Shown: positions 43,534-52,895 of the stretch, one piece after another | Numbering within the stretch: position 1 is the stretch's first letter | Layout: the number at the start of each line of letters is the position of its first letter | Assembly: GCA_934132895.1 (NCBI GenBank) | Contig: CAKPAG010000007.1 | Span: 23 to 64,022 of the forward strand | DNA: 64,000 nt | DNA from: an uncultured Clostridia bacterium | Lineage (GTDB): Bacteria > Bacillota > Clostridia > TANB77 > CAG-465 | Reading direction: 5' to 3' | Notes under the pieces: generated by a model | The model's input: the letters and a program-made list of their open reading frames with translations, nothing else | The model's database searches: none | What the model was told of the DNA's origin: nothing | Program-made: the position numbers and the translations under genes

Positions 43534-43959
43534 ATGAATAAATTTCAATTTATGGGGAGATTAACAAGAGACCCTGAAGCAAGATTTACTCCAAATACAA
43601 ATACACCAGTAACAACATTTTCTATTGCTGTAAATAGAAGATTCGCTGAAGCAAATGGAGAAAGAAAAGCAGATTTCTTTAACTTGACTGCATATGGTAA
43701 ATTAGCAGAATTTTGTGCTAAATATTATCAAAAAGGTCAACAAGTTTTAGTTGAAGGAAGAATTCAAAATAGAAGTTGGGATGATCAAAATGGTCAAAAA
43801 AGATATGCAACTGATTATATAATTGAAAATGCATATTTTGCTGATTCAAGAAGAGATAATAATGTTTCATCTCAATCAAATGATTCAATGGCAGTTCCAT
43901 CATCTAGTGTAGATGGAGAGTTCATTACTATAGATGATAATGAAGAATTACCATTCTAA
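43534..43959 (+). CDS. ssb: single-stranded DNA-binding protein
   Basis: OB-fold N-terminus MNKFQFMGRLTRDPEARFTPN and an acidic C-terminal tail DDNEELPF. Confidence 0.92.
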   Translation: MNKFQFMGRLTRDPEARFTPNTNTPVTTFSIAVNRRFAEANGERKADFFNLTAYGKLAEFCAKYYQKGQQVLVEGRIQNRSWDDQNGQKRYATDYIIENAYFADSRRDNNVSSQSNDSMAVPSSSVDGEFITIDDNEELPF

Positions 43960-43992
43960 TTAATATATATTAATTGAAGGGAGGATTATATA

Positions 43993-44247
43993 ATGGCTGA
44001 CAATAAAAAAAGAGCAAAAAATGAAAAATCATACAGAAGACCTAGAAAAAAAGTATGTAATTTTTGCGTAGACAGAGTAGATGAAATTGATTATAAAGAC
44101 GTAGATAAATTAAAGAAATACGTTAGTGATAAAGGTAAAATCTTACCAAGAAGAGTAACAGGAACTTGTGCTAAGCACCAAAGAAAAGTTACTGAAGCTA
44201 TTCAAAGAGCAAGACATATTGCACTTTTACCATACACAGTAAAATAA
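43993..44247 (+). CDS. rpsR: 30S ribosomal protein S18
   Basis: [11 protein letters not shown]...[32 protein letters not shown]. Confidence 0.92.
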   Translation: MADNKKRAKNEKSYRRPRKKVCNFCVDRVDEIDYKDVDKLKKYVSDKGKILPRRVTGTCAKHQRKVTEAIQRARHIALLPYTVK

Positions 44248-44263
44248 TAATGAAGGTAGCTAT

Positions 44264-44288
44264 ATTTTAAATTGTAGCTACTTTTTGT
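44264..44288 (+). terminator. rho-independent terminator
   Basis: gtagcta...tagctac hairpin plus a T-run. Confidence 0.6.
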
Positions 44289-44371
44289 TGCTTTTAGTTG
44301 ATTTTTTGTTATAATTACATTATAATATAATCGTTAATCAAAAAATAACATTAGTATAAGGGAGGAAATTT

Positions 44372-44935
44372 ATGGCAGGATTACCAATAGTTGTTAAATA
44401 TTTGATTGTATTTGTAGTGTCAATGGTACCAATAGTAGAGTTAAGAGGTGCTATTCCGATTGCGGAAGGAATGGGACTAAATATATTTTTGTATTATCCT
44501 ATAGCAATTATAGGAAATATATTACCAGTTCCAATAATTTATTTGTTTGCAAGGAAAGTTTTAGAATGGGGAAAAGATAAAAAAATTATAGGAAAATTCT
44601 TTACTTGGTGCTTAGAAAAAGGTGAAAAAGGTGGAGAAAAATTAAGGGAAACTGCTGGAAATAGAGGAATATTTTGGGCATTATTAATATTTGTTGGAAT
44701 ACCTTTGCCTGGAACAGGAGCTTGGACTGGAACACTTGCAGCAAGCTTTTTAAAGCTTGACTTTAAAACAAGTATTGCGGCTACTACTCTTGGAGTTGTA
44801 TTGGCAGGTATTATAATGTCGCTAGGAAGCAAGATAGTTTCAACACTTGGCTGGATGGGCGTTATTGGTATAATAGTAACTATCGCTTTAATTGTTACAA
44901 TTTCGCTAATTATTAAAAAGAAAAAAACAAAATAG
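44372..44935 (+). CDS. small multidrug-export-like membrane protein (COG2426/Sm_multidrug_ex family)
   Basis: VELRGAIPIA motif and four TM helices. Confidence 0.6.
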   Translation: MAGLPIVVKYLIVFVVSMVPIVELRGAIPIAEGMGLNIFLYYPIAIIGNILPVPIIYLFARKVLEWGKDKKIIGKFFTWCLEKGEKGGEKLRETAGNRGIFWALLIFVGIPLPGTGAWTGTLAASFLKLDFKTSIAATTLGVVLAGIIMSLGSKIVSTLGWMGVIGIIVTIALIVTISLIIKKKKTK

Positions 44936-45044
44936 TTATATAGACTTTAGGAAGTATTTTTTAGAAATAAAGAAACTTCCTTTTTTTTCTTTATTTTTTT
45001 TGAAAAAGATGATAAAATAATAATAAATTTAAGAGGTGGAAAAA

Positions 45045-45860
45045 ATGAGTTTAGAAAATATTTTAGAGCAAGTATTTACTCCTAAAATTATAGAGTCAAT
45101 TATAGTTGCAGTTGTACTATTTGCAGTGTATTTTATATTAAAAAGGATTGTAAATAAGGTACTACTTAAGACGGATAAAATAAATATAAAAGCAAAAAAT
45201 AAAAGAGAGAAAAAGAAGAATACATATTTAAAGATAGTAAAAAGTAGTCTTAAATATATATACTTATTGTTAATCCTATTTATAATACTTCAAATAAATG
45301 GAGTTAACGTTTCTTCAATAATAGCTGGAGTAGGAGTAGTATCTGTAATTATTGGTCTTGCACTTCAAGATGCTCTTAAAGATATAATTATGGGGGTAAA
45401 CGTTTTAGTTGATGATTATTTTTCTTTAGGAGACATTGTAAAAATAGACGATATTGAAGGAAAGGTAGTAGAGATAGGAATAAAAAATATAAAAATAAGG
45501 GATATATATACAGACAATCTTTTTGTTATAGCAAACAGAAATATATCAAAAGCAATAGTTATAGCTGATAGATTCGATATAGACATTCCTTTACCATATG
45601 AAGAAAATGCATTAGAAATGGAAAAGATATTAAAAGAAATAATAGATACAGTTAAAATAAATGAAAAGATTAAAGAAATTAAATATGTTGGAATAAATGA
45701 GTTTGCAGATTCGGCTATATATTATAAATTAAGAGTATGGTCTAGTGCAGAAACTAAACCACAAATAAAAAGAGATATATTAAAAGTAATAAAACTTAAA
45801 TTAGATGAGCATAAAGTAGATATTCCATACACACAAATTGATATACATACGAAGAAGTAG
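45045..45860 (+). CDS. mechanosensitive ion channel, MscS family
   Basis: TM helices followed by GDIVKIDDIEGKVVEIGIKNIKIRD, the MscS beta-domain. RBS aagaggtgg lies 5 nt upstream of the ATG at 45045; the track GTG at 45036 sits inside the RBS. Confidence 0.8.
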   Translation: MSLENILEQVFTPKIIESIIVAVVLFAVYFILKRIVNKVLLKTDKINIKAKNKREKKKNTYLKIVKSSLKYIYLLLILFIILQINGVNVSSIIAGVGVVSVIIGLALQDALKDIIMGVNVLVDDYFSLGDIVKIDDIEGKVVEIGIKNIKIRDIYTDNLFVIANRNISKAIVIADRFDIDIPLPYEENALEMEKILKEIIDTVKINEKIKEIKYVGINEFADSAIYYKLRVWSSAETKPQIKRDILKVIKLKLDEHKVDIPYTQIDIHTKK

Positions 45861-45947
45861 TATTAAGTTTAATTATAAATGATTATTTCCTTGCAAGTGA
45901 TTTGCTTGTAGGGAAATTTTTTTGTATTAAAAAATTAGTAATTTTTC

Positions 45948-45976
45948 TTGACAAATAGCATATAATATAGTATACT
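45948..45976 (+). promoter_or_regulatory. promoter TTGACA, 17 nt, TATACT, followed by candidate TetR operator repeats (three GTATAC hexamers, 45971-46006)
   Basis: aGTATACtaatatacgatgttgGTATACaaGTATACta overlaps the -10 and the transcription start region. Confidence 0.45.
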
Positions 45977-46019
45977 AATATACGATGTTGGTATACAAGT
46001 ATACTAAGGAGGCAATAAA

Positions 46020-46595
46020 ATGAAAGAAGAACAAATCGTAAAATCTGCAAGAGAACTGTTCGGCAGATATGGATATAAAAAAGTATCTATGGATGAGATA
46101 GCTAAAAATGCTTCGGTAACCAAAAGAACAGTATATAAGTATTTTACTTCTAAGGAAGAATTATTAAAATATTTTATTGCTGAGGAAGTTGAACAAATGA
46201 AGAAAATTGTAGAAAGAGTTGAAAGAAAAAATCTCGACTTTTTCGATGCCATACATGAGATAATATATAATTTAATAAAATATACAAGAAAAGCCAAGTT
46301 TTTACAAGTTATTTTGAAAGAATCAGAAACATTCAAGGAACCAGTTATACTAGAATGCCTTAAAACTATTGATTTGGAAATACAAAAATATATAAAGCAA
46401 AAGCTTGTTTTGGCCATAGAAAAAGACCATATAGTAGTTAAAGATGTGGATATAACAGCCTTTTTAATATATAAAATGTATATGGCTTTAATGTTTGAAT
46501 GGACTGAAAATAGCAAAAAAATAGACGAAAAACAAGTAGCAGATAATATTGTGTATATTATTAAAAACGGAATATGTAAGAAAGGAAATGAGTAA
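46020..46595 (+). CDS. TetR/AcrR-family transcriptional regulator
   Basis: GYKKVSMDEIAKNASVTKRTVYKYF is the TetR HTH. Confidence 0.85.
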   Translation: MKEEQIVKSARELFGRYGYKKVSMDEIAKNASVTKRTVYKYFTSKEELLKYFIAEEVEQMKKIVERVERKNLDFFDAIHEIIYNLIKYTRKAKFLQVILKESETFKEPVILECLKTIDLEIQKYIKQKLVLAIEKDHIVVKDVDITAFLIYKMYMALMFEWTENSKKIDEKQVADNIVYIIKNGICKKGNE

Positions 46596-46597
46596 AA

Positions 46598-48679
46598 ATG
46601 AATATGAAAAAAGTCATGAAAACTGTAATTATGATTGCAGTGATATGCATTCCTATCATTTATAGTTTCTTTTATTTAAAAGCATATTGGGATCCATATG
46701 GAAACTTAGAGGATATTAAGATTGCATTGATAAATTTAGATGAAGGAGAAAATGGAGAAAATCAAGGTGAAAAATTAGTTGATTCTTTGGTAGAAAAAGA
46801 TATAGTAGATATAGTAAAACTAAATGATGAGGAATTTGCTAAAAATGGACTTATAAATAGAGAATACTATGCAACTATAACTATACCAAAAGATTTTACT
46901 AAAACTTTAAATAACGCGGAAAATAAAGATAGAGCTAAAGCTGTTATAACATATAGCCCTAACCAAAAAACAAATTATTTAGCTTCTCAGATTATAAATA
47001 AAATAGTAACTTCTACTGAAACAAAGTTAAGGGGAGAAGTTTCAAAGAAGGTTGTAGAAAAACTTTCAGATAATATAAAAGAAGTACCAAGTAGTCTAAA
47101 TGAAATAAATGATGGAGGTACCAAAATACAAGATGGCACTGAAAGTTTGCAAGCAGGACTTGGTGAGCTAAAAGATGGCACATCTACATTAGTAAATAAA
47201 TATTCAGAGTTTAATGATGGAGTAAGTACTGTAAATAGTGGCGCAAATGCGGTTAAACAAGGAGTTCAAAGTATATCTAGTGGAGCTAGTGCATTAAGAG
47301 TTGGAAGTACAGACTTAGATGATGCTTTAAAATTATTAAATAGTGGTGTAGAATATTTAGCATATCAAGGACAGTCTGGAATTACAGAAATTTCAGGTGG
47401 AATAAATAGACTTAAAACAAGTAGCACTAATTTAAGCAATAATTTATCAGCTTATGTTACAAAGGTAGATGAATATAACAAAAATACAACAGACCTGTTA
47501 GAGAAAGTAGTAGCATATGGTAATAGTAATCCTACATTACTTGTAACTGATCAAAACTTTGCAACACTTTACGGCACTGCTAAAGCCATAGTTGCAACAG
47601 GAAGTAAAGATGCTTTAAAAACAAATGGAGCTTTAATTGCTGCAGGTGGTAATGATTTAGTACAAGGAGTTTCACAATTTGAAACCAAATTATCAGATGT
47701 CTCAAGTTTAGTACAAGGTGTAGATAAACTTAAAACTTCCGTAGAAAGTATTAATAAGGGGGCAGAAAAATTAAATGCAGGCACAATTAATTTAGATGCG
47801 GGTGTTAATACGTTAAATGCAGGTGTTGCAAGTCTATCAAATGGGACTAACACTCTTGCGGCTGGTTCATTGCAAATAAAAGATGCACTTGATATACTTA
47901 ATAAAGGAACAAAAAGCGCATATGATGGAAGCGTTACTTTAAATGAAGGCGTTAAAACATTTAAAACTGAGATAGAAAAAGGAATAAATGATGCTAATTC
48001 ACAAATAGAAAAACTTGATGGACTTGCAGATTATGCAGAAAATCCAGTTGAAATTGTTGAAGAAGATTATGGAGAGATAAGTTCATATGGAGTTTCATTT
48101 ACACCATTATTCCTAAGTATAGGCTTATGGGTAGGAATACTTATGCTATTTGTTATACTATATTATGATCAAGAAAATAGATTTAAATTACTTGGAAGGT
48201 ATGCAGAAAATAAAAGCTTAAGAATGGTACTTTTTGCTGTGATAGCAATAGCTCAAGGACTTGTTACAGGAGTACTTCTAAAACTTGGATTAGGACTTGA
48301 AGTAACAAATAATTTCTTGTATTATGCATCTTGCATTTTAAGTGCAATAACTTTCTTAAGTATAATACAATTCTTGATACTTACATTTGGTGATATTGGT
48401 AAATTCTTATCATTAATAATTCTTGTATTGCAACTTGCTGCTTCTGGAGGAACATTCCCAGTTGAAACAATTGCAAAAGGATTTAGAGTATTAACTCCTT
48501 ACTTACCAATGACATATACAATAAGGTTGTTAAAAGAATCAGTTATTTTACAAGATAGTGGATTTGCTAGAGAAAATATACTTGTTCTTTTAGGAATAAT
48601 AGTTGTATTCTTTGCTCTAACTATAGTAATAGAAAAGATTAAAGATAAGAAAGAAAAAAGTACAAAAGTGAAAGCTTAA
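46598..48679 (+). CDS. YhgE/Pip domain membrane protein (phage infection protein-like)
   Basis: N-terminal TM helix, a long extracytoplasmic helical repeat region, and a C-terminal six-TM ABC-2-like domain. Starts 3 nt after tetR. Confidence 0.8.
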   Translation: MNMKKVMKTVIMIAVICIPIIYSFFYLKAYWDPYGNLEDIKIALINLDEGENGENQGEKLVDSLVEKDIVDIVKLNDEEFAKNGLINREYYATITIPKDFTKTLNNAENKDRAKAVITYSPNQKTNYLASQIINKIVTSTETKLRGEVSKKVVEKLSDNIKEVPSSLNEINDGGTKIQDGTESLQAGLGELKDGTSTLVNKYSEFNDGVSTVNSGANAVKQGVQSISSGASALRVGSTDLDDALKLLNSGVEYLAYQGQSGITEISGGINRLKTSSTNLSNNLSAYVTKVDEYNKNTTDLLEKVVAYGNSNPTLLVTDQNFATLYGTAKAIVATGSKDALKTNGALIAAGGNDLVQGVSQFETKLSDVSSLVQGVDKLKTSVESINKGAEKLNAGTINLDAGVNTLNAGVASLSNGTNTLAAGSLQIKDALDILNKGTKSAYDGSVTLNEGVKTFKTEIEKGINDANSQIEKLDGLADYAENPVEIVEEDYGEISSYGVSFTPLFLSIGLWVGILMLFVILYYDQENRFKLLGRYAENKSLRMVLFAVIAIAQGLVTGVLLKLGLGLEVTNNFLYYASCILSAITFLSIIQFLILTFGDIGKFLSLIILVLQLAASGGTFPVETIAKGFRVLTPYLPMTYTIRLLKESVILQDSGFARENILVLLGIIVVFFALTIVIEKIKDKKEKSTKVKA

Positions 48680-48808
48680 AAAGTATATATTGATATATAA
48701 CTAAAAAAAATAGATATTTTTGATTTTCAAAGGTATCTATTTTTTGCTACTAATTTACTTTTTCTATGCTATAGTATATAATTAACATGAATTTAAGAGG
48801 TGGAAAAA

Positions 48809-49126
48809 ATGAAAAATAAATATATAATGGTTACAACTACTTTTGAAAGTGAAGAAGAGGCTAATAAGGTTATAAATGTGTTACTTGAAAAAAGACTTGT
48901 TAGTTGTTGTCAGATGAGTAATATAACTAGTTCATATCATTGGAAAGGTAAAATAGAATGTGAAAATGAGTTTTTAGTTCAAATGAAATCAAAGAAATCT
49001 TTATATAAAGAGATTGAAACTGAAATTTTAAAAATACATAGTTACGAAACTCCACAAATAATTTGTTATGAAATAGAAGATGGGTACAAAGATTATTTAA
49101 ATTGGATAGATGAAGAAACTAAGTAG
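48809..49126 (+). CDS. cutA: divalent-cation tolerance protein CutA
   Basis: MVTTTFESEEEANKVINVLLEKRLVSCCQ...YHWKG..E.E.E..L..KT. RBS aagaggtgg lies 5 nt upstream of the ATG. Confidence 0.72.
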   Translation: MKNKYIMVTTTFESEEEANKVINVLLEKRLVSCCQMSNITSSYHWKGKIECENEFLVQMKSKKSLYKEIETEILKIHSYETPQIICYEIEDGYKDYLNWIDEETK

Positions 49127-49259
49127 AATGGAATTTTATTAGTATTACTAAAAAAACATATATATTCTTTAAAATTCGACAAAAATTACAAAAAAATGCC
49201 ATTTCATTTGTATAATAAATAGAAGCACTTGAAAACTAATATACAAGGAGGATGGCTAG

Positions 49260-49976
49260 ATGCATAAGAATATTATAAAATGTACATGTGTGGCTTTAGT
49301 TATTTTGAGTTTTTGTTTTGCAAATGTATTTGTTTATTCTCATTCAGGAAGAACAGATGCAAATGGAGGACATAGAGATAATAAAAATAAAAGTGGACTT
49401 GGCAGTTATCATTATCATTGTGGAGGATATCCAGCTCATTTGCACGATGGAGGAAAATGTCCGTATAAATCTTCGAATAGTAATGTTACTGAAGAAATTG
49501 AAAAAGTATCTCCAGTAACGTCAACACCAACAACTAATAATACTATAACTGATTATAAAGAAGAAGTGCCTAAAGAGGTAATGGCAAGTGATATAAAAAT
49601 TAATCAAAATCCAAAAGAAATGGAAGTAGGAAGAGAATATAACTTAACGGCAACTATAGAACCAGACAATACCAGTAACAAAAAAATTATATGGAGTACT
49701 AACGATAGTCGTATATTAAAGGTTGATAAAAATGGAAAGGTAACTGCTAGTGCTGCAGGACTTTCAAAAATAACCGCAACAACTGGTGATGGAATAAAAG
49801 ACACAATCGAAATAATAGTTAAAGAATCGGACAAGCCTAAAGTTACAAAATCACAAGAGAGAACAAATACCAATAATAGTGATATGAGTTCTAATTTTAT
49901 AGAAACATTTTTTGGATTTTGTGGAATTGGTGGAATAGGTGCAGTTGTATATGGAATTTATATGAAAATGAAATAA
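49260..49976 (+). CDS. YHYH-motif protein with Big_2 (bacterial Ig-like) domain and C-terminal membrane anchor
   Basis: Signal peptide, GSYHYHCGGYPAHLH, a Big_2-like segment (IWSTNDSRILKVDKNGKVTASAAGLSKITATTGDG) and a C-terminal TM helix. Confidence 0.6.
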   Translation: MHKNIIKCTCVALVILSFCFANVFVYSHSGRTDANGGHRDNKNKSGLGSYHYHCGGYPAHLHDGGKCPYKSSNSNVTEEIEKVSPVTSTPTTNNTITDYKEEVPKEVMASDIKINQNPKEMEVGREYNLTATIEPDNTSNKKIIWSTNDSRILKVDKNGKVTASAAGLSKITATTGDGIKDTIEIIVKESDKPKVTKSQERTNTNNSDMSSNFIETFFGFCGIGGIGAVVYGIYMKMK

Positions 49977-50022
49977 AGCTCATAACCCGAAGGTCCCAGG
50001 TTCGAGTCCTGGCTCCGCAACC
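49977..50022 (+). tRNA. truncated tRNA-fMet: 3' 46 nt only (anticodon loop CTCATAA, variable loop, T-arm, acceptor 3' strand, CCA); the 5' half is absent
   Basis: gctcataacccgaaggtcccaggttcgagtcctggctccgcaacca matches the 3' part of Firmicutes initiator tRNA-Met. The sequence directly upstream is the CDS ending at 49976, so there is no D-arm or 5' acceptor strand. Confidence 0.7.
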
Positions 50023-50102
50023 ATATTTATCAAGGAATTTTTTTAGAAAGAATGTGATAAATATATAGTAGCATAATTATTTGAAAGAGAGGATGGCATA
50101 AA

Positions 50103-51434
50103 TTGGATGAAATTGAATATTCAAAAGAATTTGCTAAAGAATTAATGAATGTTGGTAACTTTGAAACTGCAAAGCAAGTTTTGGAAAAACTATGGAATGA
50201 GTCCTCAAAAGATGACTTGTATTTACTAAATATGTATGGCAGAGTATTGAGAAGAACAAATGAAAGCAATAAGTTTGTTGAAATATGTAGAGATCGAAAA
50301 AAGTTTAAAACATACTTATCAAATAAATATATAAAATCTACACTATGTTGGTGTATATATGATTGCTATATAAAAAAGTTTGAATATAATCCTGATGATG
50401 CAGAAACATTTAATGGCTTTATACAAAGAGCAGAATTTATTGTTGATAATTGCGTTCAAGAAGATAAAGAGAATTGTTTTATTAATCCGTTTGTTTTAAC
50501 AATAAGAAAAGTAATAAAAGTCTATAAAGGCAAAGGTACCAATTATAGAGCAATGTTGAGGTGGATTCAATATCTAGATCCTAATAAATTGCCAGAGGAT
50601 GTTTTTAAATATACTGATGTAAGTGGAATAGAAAGAGAAAATGCTTCCCTAAAAGAGTTTTACTATCAAAATAAATCAGCTGGATTAGAAAAACTTGGAG
50701 AATATTTAGAATGTATTGAATGTTGTGAAGATGCTTTTAGTGTTATACAAAAGTTTCATTATAAAAATCATATTTGGTTAAAAGAAAGGCTGTTATATAG
50801 TAAATGCTTAACTGCAGATAATGAAAAACAAGCTGAGAAGTGTTTGAATGATTACAAAAGATTTGTATCTAAATATAATTATTGGTATATGTACCATAAG
50901 ATATCTCAATATTACTATGTTAATAACAAAATTGATAATGCAATGTTTTATGCATGCAAAGCACTAACAATTAATTTTAATGCGGAAAATATGGTAAAAT
51001 TGATATTAGATTTAGGTTTTATTTTTGAAAATAAGGGATATTTAAGAGAAGCAGAGATATTTTTTCACGCATGTTCATATTACAGAAATAGAAATGGTTG
51101 GATAATAACAGAAGAGCTAAAATATAAAATAGTAGAGTATAAAATTGATGTTAATATAAAGCCTAAGACACAGGAACTTCAAAGAATATGCAGGAATGTT
51201 TTGAATGAACATGATAAGAATAAGAGAATGACAGGAAAGATAAAAAAGATTTTTCTTGATAAATGTTTCGGATTTATATCTTATAATAATTCAGAAGATC
51301 TTTATTTTAAGATAAAAAGTGTAGCTGATATTGATATAATTGCCATAGGAACTGTAGTTACATTTGAAATTGTAGAAGATTTTGAAGGCAGAAAAAGAGC
51401 AATAAAAATAAAAGGAGTGGAATTAAATGGCTGA
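50103..51434 (+). CDS. TPR-like helical-repeat protein with C-terminal cold-shock (OB-fold, nucleic-acid-binding) domain
   Basis: TTG start 7 nt after agagaggatgg. C-terminal GKIKKIFLDKCFGFISYNNSEDLYFKIKSV...GTVVTFEIVED..GRKRAIKIK resembles a CSD (FGFI..., a V.F.I... motif, and G.K.A... at the end). Confidence 0.5.
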   Translation: MDEIEYSKEFAKELMNVGNFETAKQVLEKLWNESSKDDLYLLNMYGRVLRRTNESNKFVEICRDRKKFKTYLSNKYIKSTLCWCIYDCYIKKFEYNPDDAETFNGFIQRAEFIVDNCVQEDKENCFINPFVLTIRKVIKVYKGKGTNYRAMLRWIQYLDPNKLPEDVFKYTDVSGIERENASLKEFYYQNKSAGLEKLGEYLECIECCEDAFSVIQKFHYKNHIWLKERLLYSKCLTADNEKQAEKCLNDYKRFVSKYNYWYMYHKISQYYYVNNKIDNAMFYACKALTINFNAENMVKLILDLGFIFENKGYLREAEIFFHACSYYRNRNGWIITEELKYKIVEYKIDVNIKPKTQELQRICRNVLNEHDKNKRMTGKIKKIFLDKCFGFISYNNSEDLYFKIKSVADIDIIAIGTVVTFEIVEDFEGRKRAIKIKGVELNG

Positions 51435-52467
51435 AATATATATAAATGCAGATGATTTAAATTATTTTATAGGAGAATATGGAAAGATAGATAAATCTTT
51501 TGGAATAAAAAATATATATGAAAAAGGAAATAGAAAGATATGTAATTTTCATTTGAAAGGTAAAGAATGTAAAGTTACATTCTATATAAAAAAGAATACT
51601 GTAAACATGATTCCTGAAGGAAAAAACAAAGATGAATCAAACTTATTAATAGAGTATATAAAATCAAAAGGAATGTCGACAGATGCAGAATCACAGACCG
51701 TTGTATTTAAATTTGAAGAAAAAATGCTACAGAGAATGATAGAATATTTCAATGAAGAAAGGATAGGATTAATTAAAAGTGTACAAGTTGCAGAAAATAG
51801 ATTTAAATTTGCAGGTTATAATAGAGATGAAGTAACATTATCTTTTTATCCTCAAAAGCAGAAAGCTATGATTCAAGGAAAACCATTACAAGCATTCTGT
51901 ATAATTGCAACATATTTATCAGAATTAGATGATTTTAATTTTGATGAAATTGTAGAATTAAATAATAATTTTTCTGGAGGAACTACAGCTAGTTCTATAA
52001 TAAGAGATGAAATGAAAGAAAAGTTAGGAAATGCATATACATATTTATCAGAAGCATTGAAAAAATCAATTTCTGGATCAATAAGTTTATTAAAAGCTAA
52101 AATATATTGTGAAGATTACAAAGGATGTTTAGCAGGAGTTTTTGTTGGATTAGAAGGATATTTAAAAGAAATATTAAAAAACAAATATCATTACAAATTA
52201 CAAAAAACAAACACTTTTTCAATGTTTCATATTGATAGAGAAACTGAAAAATGTCTAATAGATTTAAAATCTGATATTACAGAAAAAGAAAAAATAGAAT
52301 TAAAAAAACTATATAGCTTGTATAGCGACAAGAGAAATGTTTATTTGCACGCTACGATTGATTCATCCCTTACGGCTATAATTCCAAATATAAAAGATGC
52401 TAATAGTTTATCAAACGAGATTATAGATACAATTAAAAATTCATATGATGTGTTTTTCAATAAATAA
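51427..52467 (+). CDS. hypothetical protein with C-terminal R-x4-H (HEPN-like) motif
   Basis: Overlaps the upstream gene by 8 nt (ATGGCTGA). SDKRNVYLHATID lies in a predicted all-helical C-terminal domain. No other recognisable motifs. Confidence 0.45.
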   Translation: MAEIYINADDLNYFIGEYGKIDKSFGIKNIYEKGNRKICNFHLKGKECKVTFYIKKNTVNMIPEGKNKDESNLLIEYIKSKGMSTDAESQTVVFKFEEKMLQRMIEYFNEERIGLIKSVQVAENRFKFAGYNRDEVTLSFYPQKQKAMIQGKPLQAFCIIATYLSELDDFNFDEIVELNNNFSGGTTASSIIRDEMKEKLGNAYTYLSEALKKSISGSISLLKAKIYCEDYKGCLAGVFVGLEGYLKEILKNKYHYKLQKTNTFSMFHIDRETEKCLIDLKSDITEKEKIELKKLYSLYSDKRNVYLHATIDSSLTAIIPNIKDANSLSNEIIDTIKNSYDVFFNK

Positions 52468-52486
52468 AAAGGAAAGGGAAAGTAGT

Positions 52487-52846
52487 ATGATAAAAGATTA
52501 TGAGATTTTCAATTTTAAAGATGAAGATATACAAAATGTAATACTTTTAACATGCACGGAAGATATATACTTTTTACAAGATGATATATATGATAAATTA
52601 TCCAGTTCATTTGGAAGCGAATTTACTGTTTTAGTGGATTTATTTGTAAGAAATGGTTTTTCATATAATAGATTTATTTCTTTAAAGTTTAAAGGAAAGA
52701 ATAATATAAAAACGTTAATAGTAAATCCTAGAGATGTTTCGGAGAAAATAAAATGTGAGATTAGAAAATATTTGAAAAATCATCTTGATATTTTAAATAA
52801 AAGTGCACTTTCAATGAATACAATAAAATTTGTTAAAAGTAGTTAA
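52487..52846 (+). CDS. hypothetical small protein (119 aa)
   Basis: RBS aaaggaaagggaaag lies upstream of the ATG at 52487. The track ORF from 52445 overlaps the previous gene and probably starts too early. Confidence 0.4.
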   Translation: MIKDYEIFNFKDEDIQNVILLTCTEDIYFLQDDIYDKLSSSFGSEFTVLVDLFVRNGFSYNRFISLKFKGKNNIKTLIVNPRDVSEKIKCEIRKYLKNHLDILNKSALSMNTIKFVKSS

Positions 52847-52863
52847 AGAAGTAGTTAAAAAAG

Positions 52864-52895
52864 TAGACGGGATTATAATCGAAATCTCGTCTATT
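52864..52895. terminator. bidirectional terminator-like hairpin between convergent genes
   Basis: agacgggatt...aatctcgtct imperfect palindrome. Confidence 0.4.

Noticed and set aside
45031-45047. Identical 19-nt string taagaggtggaaaaaatga at 45030 and 48794
   Set aside because: It is just a strong RBS plus spacer plus ATG shared by two unrelated genes. No extended similarity either side.
49977-50022. A complete tRNA gene
   Set aside because: Only the 3' 46 nt match. The sequence upstream is protein-coding, with no D-arm or 5' acceptor strand.
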